DNA of 64,000 nucleotides from Candidatus Latescibacterota bacterium (GTDB taxonomy: Bacteria > Latescibacterota > UBA2968 > UBA8231), in contig OZ253462.1 in NCBI GenBank assembly GCA_965261395.1, positions 1,888,001-1,952,000 on the forward strand. Reading direction: 5' to 3'. The notes beneath the pieces are model-generated. The model searched no databases, was not told where the DNA came from, and saw only the letters and a list, made by a program, of their open reading frames with translations. How positions within the stretch are numbered: the stretch's first letter is position 1; each line of letters opens with the position of its first letter. Shown here piece by piece: positions 21,716 to 30,431 of the stretch. The translations under genes and the position numbers were made by a program.

Positions 21716-22006
21716 ATGATTATTCGCTCTGTCCACCACCGAGGATTGCGCCGGTTGATCGAAGACGACAATCCCCGGTTCCTGCAACACAACTTGGTTG
21801 ACCGAGTGCGCAAGATCTTGACGGCACTGATTTTGGCAGAGGAATTGGACAGATTCATTGCCGATGCGCCTCGTGGCTGGCGCGTCCATCGGCTCTCAGG
21901 TGACCGGCAGGACGAATGGAGCATTTCGGTATCCGGCAATTGGCGGATCACCTTTGCAGAAGAGGACGGCTATATCGACCGCTTGAACTTGGAGGACTAC
22001 CACTAA
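21716..22006 (+). CDS. higB: HigB (RelE/ParE family) toxin
   Basis: HRGLRRL, HRLSGDR, WSISVSGNWRITF, LEDYH. Confidence 0.9.
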   Translation: MIIRSVHHRGLRRLIEDDNPRFLQHNLVDRVRKILTALILAEELDRFIADAPRGWRVHRLSGDRQDEWSISVSGNWRITFAEEDGYIDRLNLEDYH

Positions 22007-22311
22007 TGGCTACCGACGGCATCAAAGTGAACATGACCCCTTCGCATCCGGGCGACTTCATTCGCACAGAAATCATCGAGGAGTTGGGCCTAAACGTGAC
22101 GAGAGCAGCCGAAATTCTAGGAGTTCGGCGGGCAACGCTTTCGGACTTGCTGAACGGCAACGCCGCGCTATCGCCGGAGATGGCACTGCGCATCGAAAAA
22201 GCATTCGGCGTGGGCATGGACATGTTGCTGCGGATGCAGGCTTGGTATGACGCCTCGCAGATGCGCGCCCGTGCAAATGAGATCAGCGTCCAGCGTTATG
22301 AGCCTGTCTGA
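22006..22311 (+). CDS. higA: HigA antitoxin
   Basis: HPGDFIR, HTH, LSPEMALRIEKAFG, LLRMQ; coupled to higB stop. Confidence 0.92.
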   Translation: MATDGIKVNMTPSHPGDFIRTEIIEELGLNVTRAAEILGVRRATLSDLLNGNAALSPEMALRIEKAFGVGMDMLLRMQAWYDASQMRARANEISVQRYEPV

Positions 22312-22356
22312 GCTAGGTAACTGACAACAAAATCTATACTGAAAAGGAGTAATCGG

Positions 22357-22866
22357 ATGCCGTATCGTAACAAAGTGTTCATCTCGTTCGATGGGGACAA
22401 TGATATTCATTATTACCGACTGATGTGTGCATGGAAACAGAATGATCGCACAGACTTCAACTTTTTCGACGCGCATGACATCAACACCGCAAGGGACACC
22501 AGCACCGAAGAAACAATCAAGAGGCGACTCAGTGAACGTCTTGCGAATGCGTATGTTGTAGTTTCCCTGATAGGTGAGCACACACGGTATCACTATAAAT
22601 TCGTCCGATGGGAACTAGAGCAGGCGATCACACGTAATTTGCCGATAGTTGGCGTCAACCTTAACGGACGGCGATCCCAAGACACTATGCTTTGTCCACC
22701 CATTATTCGTGATAAGTTGGCAATTCACATTAGTTTCAATGCAGCGATTCTCCAATACGCTCTCGAGGACTGGCCCACCAAACACACAAATTACAAAAGA
22801 AACAACAAAATAGGACCGTACTATTATTCGCAAGAAGTCTACACACGTCTGGGACTACCACCATGA
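22357..22866 (+). CDS. thsB: TIR-domain protein (ThsB/DUF1863-like)
   Basis: KVFISF, VSLIGEHT, FVRWELEQAI catalytic Glu, PIVGVNLNG; lower GC. Confidence 0.8.
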   Translation: MPYRNKVFISFDGDNDIHYYRLMCAWKQNDRTDFNFFDAHDINTARDTSTEETIKRRLSERLANAYVVVSLIGEHTRYHYKFVRWELEQAITRNLPIVGVNLNGRRSQDTMLCPPIIRDKLAIHISFNAAILQYALEDWPTKHTNYKRNNKIGPYYYSQEVYTRLGLPP

Positions 22867-23807
22867 ACCTTATTAAGAGATATGTAACTAAGGGCCACAT
22901 ATCCATAGCTCTATTCCGTCATCTCTCGCGTCTTGCCCTTATCAGATCTCTCCTTGAAGCGTTCGGAGTTTTGTGGCTCATTGTTGAGTCTTCATCATTT
23001 TTCTTTTTATCGTTTGGAGATCTTGTTAAGTCCTACTGGTGGTTATTCCTGCTTGGTGGCGCTGCCCTCGGCGTGTATCGCGCTCTGCCGAAATCCACAG
23101 CATCCTCACGCATTCAGGGCACAGACTCGTTCATTGAGCTGCGTATCACTGATATGTTCAGTGTGCCGGCAGCATTTATAATACCCTGTAATCGAACATT
23201 CGATACGAGTCTCGAGGATCGTATTATTTCCCCAAAAAGTACTCAAGGGCAATTTACACAGCTCTTCTTTGCTAACTCTCGGGATGAATTGGATAAAAAG
23301 ATATGTATGAGCATCGATAGTACCGAAGGGACTACGCTCGACAGAAACAACAAACCATATGGGAAGCAAATCGAATTCCCGATAGGCACTGTCGCGGAAG
23401 TCTCGTCCGGTGAAAAAATCGCTTATCTTGTCGCCATTAGCTCCCTCAACGAGCACAAGAAAGCAATCGCGTCGACAGAGGATATCCTTGATGCTCTACC
23501 CGCGATATGGGAATTTATCCGCACAAGGGGCGAGTTCGTACCCCTCTGCTGTCCAATCCTTGGTTCCAAGTTTAGTCGCGTAAAAGCGACCCGGGAAGAT
23601 TTAACTCGTGAAATCATTAAATCGTTCGTCTCCGCTTGTCGTGCAGGTCACTTCTGCGAGAAACTAACGATTGCAATCGCTCCATCAGACTTTATGACTG
23701 GCAAAATCAACCTTGAAACACTCCGGCGGTTTTTGGAGCATGAATGCTTGTATCCTGTAGCACTATCTTCAGATTTAGCTAGCGCCCCCACCGGAACTCC
23801 AGCATAG
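22863..23807 (+). CDS. thsA: Two-TM + Macro domain effector (Thoeris type II ThsA-like)
   Basis: Two N-terminal hydrophobic helices; IPCNRTFDT, IISPKSTQGQF, FPIGTVA, PILGS; overlaps the TIR gene by 4 nt. Confidence 0.72.
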   Translation: MNLIKRYVTKGHISIALFRHLSRLALIRSLLEAFGVLWLIVESSSFFFLSFGDLVKSYWWLFLLGGAALGVYRALPKSTASSRIQGTDSFIELRITDMFSVPAAFIIPCNRTFDTSLEDRIISPKSTQGQFTQLFFANSRDELDKKICMSIDSTEGTTLDRNNKPYGKQIEFPIGTVAEVSSGEKIAYLVAISSLNEHKKAIASTEDILDALPAIWEFIRTRGEFVPLCCPILGSKFSRVKATREDLTREIIKSFVSACRAGHFCEKLTIAIAPSDFMTGKINLETLRRFLEHECLYPVALSSDLASAPTGTPA

Positions 23808-23835
23808 AGAAATACACCTAATATCTTGCTCTCGC

Positions 23836-24138
23836 ATGGAAAACACATACTTCGTCCCAGCCGACACCGAGCACGTCGCCCGAGAAAAAAACAAGGCCAA
23901 GGTGCTACGCCGCTCCCAGTGGTGGAAGCGCAAACGGGCCGCCGGCCAATGCCACTACTGCCAGCAGTCGTTTGCGCCCGAAGATCTGACCATGGATCAC
24001 GTGGTGCCACTCATCCGCGGCGGCCGCACCACCAAGTCCAACGTGGTGCCTTGCTGCAAGCACTGCAACAGCCAAAAGCAACACCTGCTTCCCGTCGAAT
24101 GGACGGCCTATTTAGAGCGGCTGCGCGGCGAAGGCTAG
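23836..24138 (+). CDS. HNH endonuclease
   Basis: CHYC, LTMDHVVP, NVVPCCKHCN. Confidence 0.9.
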   Translation: MENTYFVPADTEHVAREKNKAKVLRRSQWWKRKRAAGQCHYCQQSFAPEDLTMDHVVPLIRGGRTTKSNVVPCCKHCNSQKQHLLPVEWTAYLERLRGEG

Positions 24139-25076
24139 TGATAGTCCACAATGTCGGCTATAGCCGCGGCTACTTCCTCGGCCACTTCCGCCGGCACCCG
24201 CGGATTGAACGGGCCGCCCTCGCCGCCATCCACATCGCTGAACCCTCCCAAGTGCATGGCCTCAACCACAGCGGAGTAGTTATACATGCGGCCGTTGCGG
24301 AAGCGAATTTCCTCTAGGGCCGCGAGCTGGTTTTCGATCTGCTGCGACGTGGCAAAATCGCCTCGGCGCTGGGCGTTGTTGATCTCGTCTGAAGCGCGGG
24401 CGAAGGCCACATTGATCCCCGACGTATGCCCTTTAGTGCCGCGCTCAGCCGGCCCAGTCGAACGGTCCCCCACACCCCATATCACCAGCGCAGCTCCCTC
24501 CTGTACGTCGGCGACAATCGGCTCAACGTCCTCGACCGTGGTGCCGATCTTCAGCCCCACGAAGTGCTCTGATTCGTTCATCAGCCGCACGGCTATGTCA
24601 CGCTCGGCTTGGTTGCGCAGGTAGTAGAGCAACTTGGCCCCGCACGAACGCCCCAACCGCTCGGCAAAATCCACGTAGTACGCAAAAATGCCCTCTGGAT
24701 TGGCCACGCCAGTAAGCGGCATAACGAGATAGACACCCGGGGGATATTCGAGCGCGGCCTCCCGCTCGATCAACCGCTCGGCATCCCCAACCGGATTGGG
24801 GGCAATCCCAGACATCAGCACCCCGCGCCCCCCCATCTGCTCGCCGGTAAAGCCCAACAACCGCACTTGCTCGTCCGCGCTAATGTGGTGGATCAAGCTA
24901 GTCCCGGCGATGCCAATCACCCGGGGCCGGTCGCCGTCCAAGTGATTGTTCTCCATTAAGTAGTTGATGTTCTTGGCGTGGGCCTCATAGTCGATTTGCC
25001 CGCCGCGAAAGGGGACCACCGGGATGGAGGTAACCGAGTTTAGCGCGTCGAGTAGGTCTTCTCTTTGCAATGGCAT
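24135..25076 (-). CDS. Divergent DHDPS/NAL family lyase
   Basis: IPVVPF..GQIDY, LLYY, VGLKIG Schiff-base Lys, GHTSG. Confidence 0.7.
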   Translation of the reverse strand: MPLQREDLLDALNSVTSIPVVPFRGGQIDYEAHAKNINYLMENNHLDGDRPRVIGIAGTSLIHHISADEQVRLLGFTGEQMGGRGVLMSGIAPNPVGDAERLIEREAALEYPPGVYLVMPLTGVANPEGIFAYYVDFAERLGRSCGAKLLYYLRNQAERDIAVRLMNESEHFVGLKIGTTVEDVEPIVADVQEGAALVIWGVGDRSTGPAERGTKGHTSGINVAFARASDEINNAQRRGDFATSQQIENQLAALEEIRFRNGRMYNYSAVVEAMHLGGFSDVDGGEGGPFNPRVPAEVAEEVAAAIADIVDYH

Positions 25077-25109
25077 GTTTAACCTCAACTGTGTTAGGTG
25101 GCGATGAAT

Positions 25110-26186
25110 TCAACGCTCGGGTGCGAAGCGGCGCATGTCGCGCCCTGGGGTTCCCTCGGCGATCCAGTGAGCGACGATTTGGCCGGTAATCGGGCCTAAT
25201 AAGACGCCGTTTTTGTAGTGCCCAGAGGCCACGAAAACCCTCGGCGCATCCGTCAGCGGGCCGATGAGCGGACGCCCGCCTCGGGGCTTGGGCCGCAGAC
25301 CAGCCTGCTGGCGCGACAGCGGCAAGCACCTCCCCAGCGCGGAGCGTACCTGCGCGGCGAACTCCGCCGCGGCCGCGCAGGTCGTTTCCAGCCGAAAGCC
25401 GACCTCTTCCAACGTCGATCCCGCGATTGTTTCGCCGCCGTCTGGAATGAGGTAGCGTCCGTTTACCCTCACTAGGTGGCGTAGCGGGGCACCGGCAAAA
25501 CGCGCTTGTTGGCCCCGCACCGGACGCAACGCGACTCGGGCACCGAGCTGCGCGGCCAAACCGGTGGTCCACGCCCCAGCCGCCAAGACCGCAAAGTCGG
25601 CGCGATGGGTTCCGCTAGTGGTGGCGACCTCGACGGTCTCGCCCTCTTGGGCAATGCGCCAGACACGCTCACCCCAAGCGGCAGACGCGCCCCGCTGGGC
25701 GGCAGACGCCCAAAGCGCCGCGCCCAACTTGAGGGGATCCACCCGGTGATCGTCGGCAAAATACAGACCCTCGCAGCCGCCGTCCAACGCTGGCTCCGCA
25801 CCGCGCAAGGCCCGCTCGTCGAGCCGCTCGACCCGACCGCCGCGCGTGCGGTTGAAGCGCCAGACCTCCTCTAGCTGGGATGCGTCGGCAAAAAGCTCGA
25901 TGCCGCCGAGGGGACGCCAGCCCACGTCTGCGTCTATATCTTCTTCTAGATCGCAAGCCAGCCGGGCGTGCAGGGCGTGGCCATCGCGGAAAAGCTGAGC
26001 GTAGGAATTGTCGCCGCCGTTGCAGTGGGTGAGGACGCCCAAAGAGGCCCGGCTCGTGGATGAACCTGCGGCGATCCCCTCGTCGAGCAGGACGACCTTA
26101 GCACCTTGCCGCGCGAGGAAGTAGGCCGTCGAGCGGCCAATGATACCGGCCCCGACGACCAACACGCGCGCGCCCGCAAGGGCCAT
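25110..26186 (-). CDS. Glycine oxidase/D-amino acid oxidase-like FAD oxidoreductase
   Basis: GAGIIG, PVRGQ, GLRP, GHYKNGVLL. Confidence 0.85.
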   Translation of the reverse strand: MALAGARVLVVGAGIIGRSTAYFLARQGAKVVLLDEGIAAGSSTSRASLGVLTHCNGGDNSYAQLFRDGHALHARLACDLEEDIDADVGWRPLGGIELFADASQLEEVWRFNRTRGGRVERLDERALRGAEPALDGGCEGLYFADDHRVDPLKLGAALWASAAQRGASAAWGERVWRIAQEGETVEVATTSGTHRADFAVLAAGAWTTGLAAQLGARVALRPVRGQQARFAGAPLRHLVRVNGRYLIPDGGETIAGSTLEEVGFRLETTCAAAAEFAAQVRSALGRCLPLSRQQAGLRPKPRGGRPLIGPLTDAPRVFVASGHYKNGVLLGPITGQIVAHWIAEGTPGRDMRRFAPER

Positions 26187-27356
26187 CTAACGACCGACGA
26201 TCGGCGGCAGGTTGGTCGTCGGGCAGGCGCGCGGGCCGCTCACCGGATAGCCCATATCCGCGAGGACGCAGTTGATTTGAGCCTCTAGCTTGAGCAGGTA
26301 CTCCTGTTCGGCCGCGCTGCTCGACGCGCGCGCTGGGCCTACGTCAAAGCCGCGGGCCGCCACGCCGGTCTTGAAGCCCTCTGGGAAGTTGACGCCGAGG
26401 AGCATCAAGTTAATGAGGTCGAGGATGCGGTATTGCAGTTCGCGGGCCCGCTTGATGTCGCCGCTTTTGGCCTTTTCATAAAGCTCGACAATCACCTCTG
26501 GGACGATGCCCGAGGTGGCGATGGTGCCTCCGCTAGCGCCCATGAGCACTGAGGGGAACACGATTTCCTCGCAACCGGTCATTACCACGTAGTCGGGGCG
26601 TTGTTGGCGCAGGCGGTGCATAGTGTTGAGCAGCCGTGGCAGGTCGCGGCTGGAGTCCTTGGTGCCGAAGATCCGCTCGTAGGGCAAGAGCCGCTCCATC
26701 AAATCTATCGACAGCTCTTGGGTAAATTGCGGAATATTGTACAGCAGGATGTCCAGCGGCGATTCTTCGGCAATTTCGGCGAAGTACTCGAAGAGGCTCT
26801 CAGTGGAAATCTCATAGTAATAGGGGGGCATTAGCGCAATGGCATCCACGCCGAGCGAGGCGTAGTATTCAGCCATCTTGAGCACGTCGCGCAAATTGGC
26901 CTCGCTGGCTCCGGCCAAGACGGGTATGCGCCCCGCGTTGACCTCGCAGACCAGCCGCACCACGTCTTGGCGCTCCTCCCGCGACAGGCGCGCGAACTCG
27001 CCGGTGCTGCCGTTGGGGTACAGCCCGTGGAGCCCAGCCTCGATCAGCCAGTTGATGTAGCGCTCCATCTCGGCGTGGTTGATCCCGTTCTGGCGGTCGA
27101 AAAGGATGAGATTGGGGCAGAAGATGCCAGCAAATGCCTTGCGACCGTCGGCGCGAGCAACCGCTGGTGCCGATATTGGCGTTGGGGGGGTTTGGCTGCT
27201 GGCTTCTCGACGCACGACCTCAACACCTTGAGCGCGCAAAAAGTCCTGCGCCGAGGGCGTCAGCTTGGCCCCCGGGCCGAGCTCGACCTGCCGTTCGCCA
27301 GCCAGGCGACCCTCCAAGGTCTGAGCGGTAATTACTGCATCGTCAATCCGAATCAT
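26187..27356 (-). CDS. DHDPS/NAL family aldolase with N-terminal extension (candidate BMC signature enzyme)
   Basis: NGSTGE, PPYY, LLYNIP, GTKDSS; ~70 aa N-terminal addition. Confidence 0.85.
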   Translation of the reverse strand: MIRIDDAVITAQTLEGRLAGERQVELGPGAKLTPSAQDFLRAQGVEVVRREASSQTPPTPISAPAVARADGRKAFAGIFCPNLILFDRQNGINHAEMERYINWLIEAGLHGLYPNGSTGEFARLSREERQDVVRLVCEVNAGRIPVLAGASEANLRDVLKMAEYYASLGVDAIALMPPYYYEISTESLFEYFAEIAEESPLDILLYNIPQFTQELSIDLMERLLPYERIFGTKDSSRDLPRLLNTMHRLRQQRPDYVVMTGCEEIVFPSVLMGASGGTIATSGIVPEVIVELYEKAKSGDIKRARELQYRILDLINLMLLGVNFPEGFKTGVAARGFDVGPARASSSAAEQEYLLKLEAQINCVLADMGYPVSGPRACPTTNLPPIVGR

Positions 27357-27370
27357 TTTTCGCGTCCTCG

Positions 27371-28525
27371 CTAAACGTGCGGCAGGCGGCCTTCGAGGCC
27401 GCTGTAGGGCTGCGGAATGGCGTAGGCCGAGACCAGTTCTCCGTGTGCGACGGCCTCCTGCCGGCCCGCCTCTATGGCGACCTGCACGGCACCGACATCG
27501 CCGCGGACGACCGCGGCCGTCAAGTAGTACCCCACCTTATAGGCCCCCTCGTATTCGACGGAAGCGGCTTTGAGCATCCGATCGACGGCCCGCACCAAGG
27601 CCACGGTGCTGCGCGTCTCAATCAGCCCCATAGCCTGCCGCGCACCCGGCCCAAGGCCCTCGGCCGCAGTGGCAAAGCGGGCGACTAGCGCGGAATCGGG
27701 CCGCGAGACTACAGCCGAGGCGTCGAGCTGGCCCAAGGCCGTAGCGGCCTCAGCACCGGCGCGCACGGCGGCCTGCACGTCGTCGAGTTGGCCGGTGGCC
27801 AGCGCGGCAATCCGCCCACCGCTGCCGATGCTCAAGCGCTCGATTTGGACATCCGCGGCCTTGAGCATGGCGTCGGCGCTGCCCACGACCGCGGCGTAAC
27901 CAATGGTCTCTATGAGGCCCAAGGCACCAGTGGCGCGCGGTGTGACCGGTGGCGCGGGCGGCAGCAGAGGGCCTAGTCCTTCGCTGGGCTGGGGCAAAAC
28001 AAGGGTCGCGTACACGGTGCCAAGCCGCTCGGCTGCTTGCCGGCCAGCTTCTAGCGCTGTCTGCACGGCCGCCACATCGCCAAAGACCGGTGCGTGACAC
28101 AGGGCACCACCGATGAAGGCCCAACCCCCTAGCTCCACTTGGGCGGCCTTGAGCATGGCGTCGGTGCCAGCCACTAGCGGCGTCAGGCCCTGCGTCTCCA
28201 ACAGGCCAAGCGCTCGCGGCTGTACCGGTTCGGCACCGAGGCCGGTTGCGTGGGGCATGGCGTCCATGGCGCGCGCATCCGGCCTCGGCACCACTCGCGC
28301 GCCAATCAATTCGCCGGTGCGGTTCGCCTCGACCTCGCCGACGCGAATGGCCGCCTCCACGTCAGCCACTTGGCCGGCAATTACTACGGTGAGCCAACCC
28401 GAGCCAATGCCGTGCCGACCACAGAGGCGTACCTCAGCGGCCTTGAGCATGGCGTCGGTGGAAGCCATTAGCGACGCCATGCCGCGCGTCTCCAGCATGC
28501 CGATCGCTCCGCTAGACACCGCCAC
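27371..28525 (-). CDS. BMC shell protein with four tandem BMC domains
   Basis: Four domain starts: AIGMLETRG, ALGLLETQG, ALGLIETIG, AMGLIETRS, each with D.MLKAA and ending (P/S)xP; start may be GTG at 28519. Confidence 0.88.
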   Translation of the reverse strand: MAVSSGAIGMLETRGMASLMASTDAMLKAAEVRLCGRHGIGSGWLTVVIAGQVADVEAAIRVGEVEANRTGELIGARVVPRPDARAMDAMPHATGLGAEPVQPRALGLLETQGLTPLVAGTDAMLKAAQVELGGWAFIGGALCHAPVFGDVAAVQTALEAGRQAAERLGTVYATLVLPQPSEGLGPLLPPAPPVTPRATGALGLIETIGYAAVVGSADAMLKAADVQIERLSIGSGGRIAALATGQLDDVQAAVRAGAEAATALGQLDASAVVSRPDSALVARFATAAEGLGPGARQAMGLIETRSTVALVRAVDRMLKAASVEYEGAYKVGYYLTAAVVRGDVGAVQVAIEAGRQEAVAHGELVSAYAIPQPYSGLEGRLPHV

Positions 28526-29096
28526 CTCCCATCGGCACGGCGTATGCGGCCAAAACCTCGGGTCGCGGCTGCGGAATCAGTGCCGTGCCCAGCAAGTGCT
28601 CGCAGCCCGCGAGCAGCTTTTGCGCGACGGCTATGGCTTCGGTTACGGCCCCTACGTCCCCCAAGACCAGCGAACACACCACGCGGTCGTGGACCGTCAG
28701 CACGTTGATTACTTCGACGGCAGCCGTCTTGACCATCTGATCGTTGGTGTGAATGTGAGCTCCGTAGCCGCGCGTCTCAACCAACCCCAAGGCACCGGCG
28801 GGAAAATCGCTGCGGGTGCTGATTGGAAAATTGACGAAATGGAAGCAGGCAGCGGCGGGCTGGTTTAGAGGGACGGCCACCACGTGTTCTACCACGCCGC
28901 GGGCCGCTTCTTCGCCGCTTTGCAGCGCGGCGGCCACATCGCTGATCGACCCGGTAAAAAAGGCCGTGGTATAACCGCCAATTGACGACCAGCCTGCGAG
29001 CTGCACGTCCGCAGCCTTGCAGGCCGCATCTGCACCCACAATGGCGGCGGCCACGCCCTGCACCTCGATCATGCCGACTGCTGGGGACCCGGCCAT
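28512..29096 (-). CDS. Tandem two-domain BMC shell protein (divergent)
   Basis: AVGMIEVQG...DAACKAA and ALGLVETRG...DQMVKTA...GDVGAV. Confidence 0.85.
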   Translation of the reverse strand: MAGSPAVGMIEVQGVAAAIVGADAACKAADVQLAGWSSIGGYTTAFFTGSISDVAAALQSGEEAARGVVEHVVAVPLNQPAAACFHFVNFPISTRSDFPAGALGLVETRGYGAHIHTNDQMVKTAAVEVINVLTVHDRVVCSLVLGDVGAVTEAIAVAQKLLAGCEHLLGTALIPQPRPEVLAAYAVPMGGGGV

Positions 29097-29099
29097 AGC

Positions 29100-29549
29100 T
29101 CAGTCTGCCAGCCGGTGAATTACTAGCTCGGTGATCTGCTCAACTAAGGCTTCCGGGTCGGTGGCTTGGCCCTGCTCGATTTGTTGCAGAAGCGTCTTGT
29201 AGCGGTTGCAGCCCTCGCAGCTCGCCTCGGGGTCGCCCGCCTTCTTGCGCTGGTGGACGGCGCAATCGCCGCAGCGCGACGGCTCGACGTACCCCGAGCC
29301 AAACTCCTCGTGCTGGCAGCCGCAGGCGCGGTCGGGATGCTCGCACCGGCCCGCGTCCGCAACGCCGTCGGCGGCTGCCGCAACGGCCGCGCCGCGACTT
29401 AGCTGCAACCGGTGCTGGCGGATGTAATCCCAAGCCGTCGGCGTCAAGATGGCGCTGGGGGCCACCTTGAGTGCCCGCTCGCCCTTGTGCTCGCGCCCGA
29501 GCAAATCGCCGGTGACGACTGGGGCGTCGATGTGCAAAGCCTCGGCCAC
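29100..29549 (-). CDS. BMC-associated Cys-rich hypothetical protein with C-terminal encapsulation-peptide-like helix
   Basis: AILTPTAWDYIR N-domain; 7 Cys including CGDC and CEGC; DPEALVEQITELVIHRL. Confidence 0.75.
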   Translation of the reverse strand: MAEALHIDAPVVTGDLLGREHKGERALKVAPSAILTPTAWDYIRQHRLQLSRGAAVAAAADGVADAGRCEHPDRACGCQHEEFGSGYVEPSRCGDCAVHQRKKAGDPEASCEGCNRYKTLLQQIEQGQATDPEALVEQITELVIHRLAD

Positions 29550-29553
29550 TTAG

Positions 29554-29817
29554 CTAACCAATGTGGTCTGTCAGCCCCTCAGTCGGGCGGGGAATCACGT
29601 GGACGCTGCGCAGCTCGCCGATGCGCTGGGCGGCTTGCGCTCCTGCATCTACCGCCGCTTTGACAGCCGCTACGTCGCCTTCGACTAGAACGGTAATTAG
29701 GCCACTGCCCACGCGCTTTTGGCCCGCATAGCTCACGTCGGCGGTTTTCAACATGGCGTCGAGGGCTTCGACGACGCAGACCAAACCACGGGTCTCAACC
29801 ATACCCAATGCTTTCAT
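29554..29817 (-). CDS. BMC-H hexameric shell protein (EutM/PduA-like)
   Basis: [32 protein letters not shown]. Confidence 0.95.
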   Translation of the reverse strand: MKALGMVETRGLVCVVEALDAMLKTADVSYAGQKRVGSGLITVLVEGDVAAVKAAVDAGAQAAQRIGELRSVHVIPRPTEGLTDHIG

Positions 29818-29833
29818 TATTTGTCTCCTCTAC

Positions 29834-30394
29834 CTACAAGTACAACGCGACGAGATCGTCGTGGGGGCGGGGAATCACGTGCTGCGACACGAGCTCGCCC
29901 ACGCGCTCGGCCGCCTCGGCACCAACGCTGACCGAAGCCTGCACCGAGCCGACGTCGCCACTGACCATGACGGTAATGTACCCGCCGCCGATGTCCTGGA
30001 GCTTGACGACCTCCACATCGGCGGCCTTGCTCATGGCGTCGGCTGCTTCGATTACGCCGATGGCCCCCTTCGTCTCAATGAGGCCCAAGGCGCGGACGCG
30101 ACCATCGCTGTCGTCGCTGTCGCTGCGCTCGGGCACGACGGCCGTCAACTCGCTGTGCGGGCGGGGAATCACGTGCACCGAATGCACCTCCCCAACCTTG
30201 GCCGCCGCGGCCGAGCCGGCATCCACAGCCGACTTGACGGCCGCCACATCGCCCGAGCAAAACACTGTCACCAAGCCGGAGCCGACCCTGTCCCAGCCCA
30301 AAAGCTGTACGCTGGCGGCCTTGGCCATGGCGTCGCCGGCCTCGACGATCCCGACCAGCCCCACCGTTTCTACCATGCCTATTGCATCCGACAT
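29834..30394 (-). CDS. Tandem two-domain BMC shell protein (two PduA-like domains)
   Basis: AIGMVETVG...VIPRP and ALGLIETKG...VIPRP. Confidence 0.92.
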   Translation of the reverse strand: MSDAIGMVETVGLVGIVEAGDAMAKAASVQLLGWDRVGSGLVTVFCSGDVAAVKSAVDAGSAAAAKVGEVHSVHVIPRPHSELTAVVPERSDSDDSDGRVRALGLIETKGAIGVIEAADAMSKAADVEVVKLQDIGGGYITVMVSGDVGSVQASVSVGAEAAERVGELVSQHVIPRPHDDLVALYL

Positions 30395-30431
30395 CCCTTA
30401 CCTCCTGAAGTAATTGTGCGGATTTTTGCGT

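Noticed and set aside
23836-24138. HNH nuclease as third Thoeris component
   Set aside because: Host-like GC and a common standalone small HNH type; no supporting evidence.
25110-26186. Calling this gene thiO
   Set aside because: No thiamine genes nearby; only family-level support.
26187-27356. Calling this gene dapA
   Set aside because: BMC context and N-terminal extension; family motifs alone do not fix the substrate.
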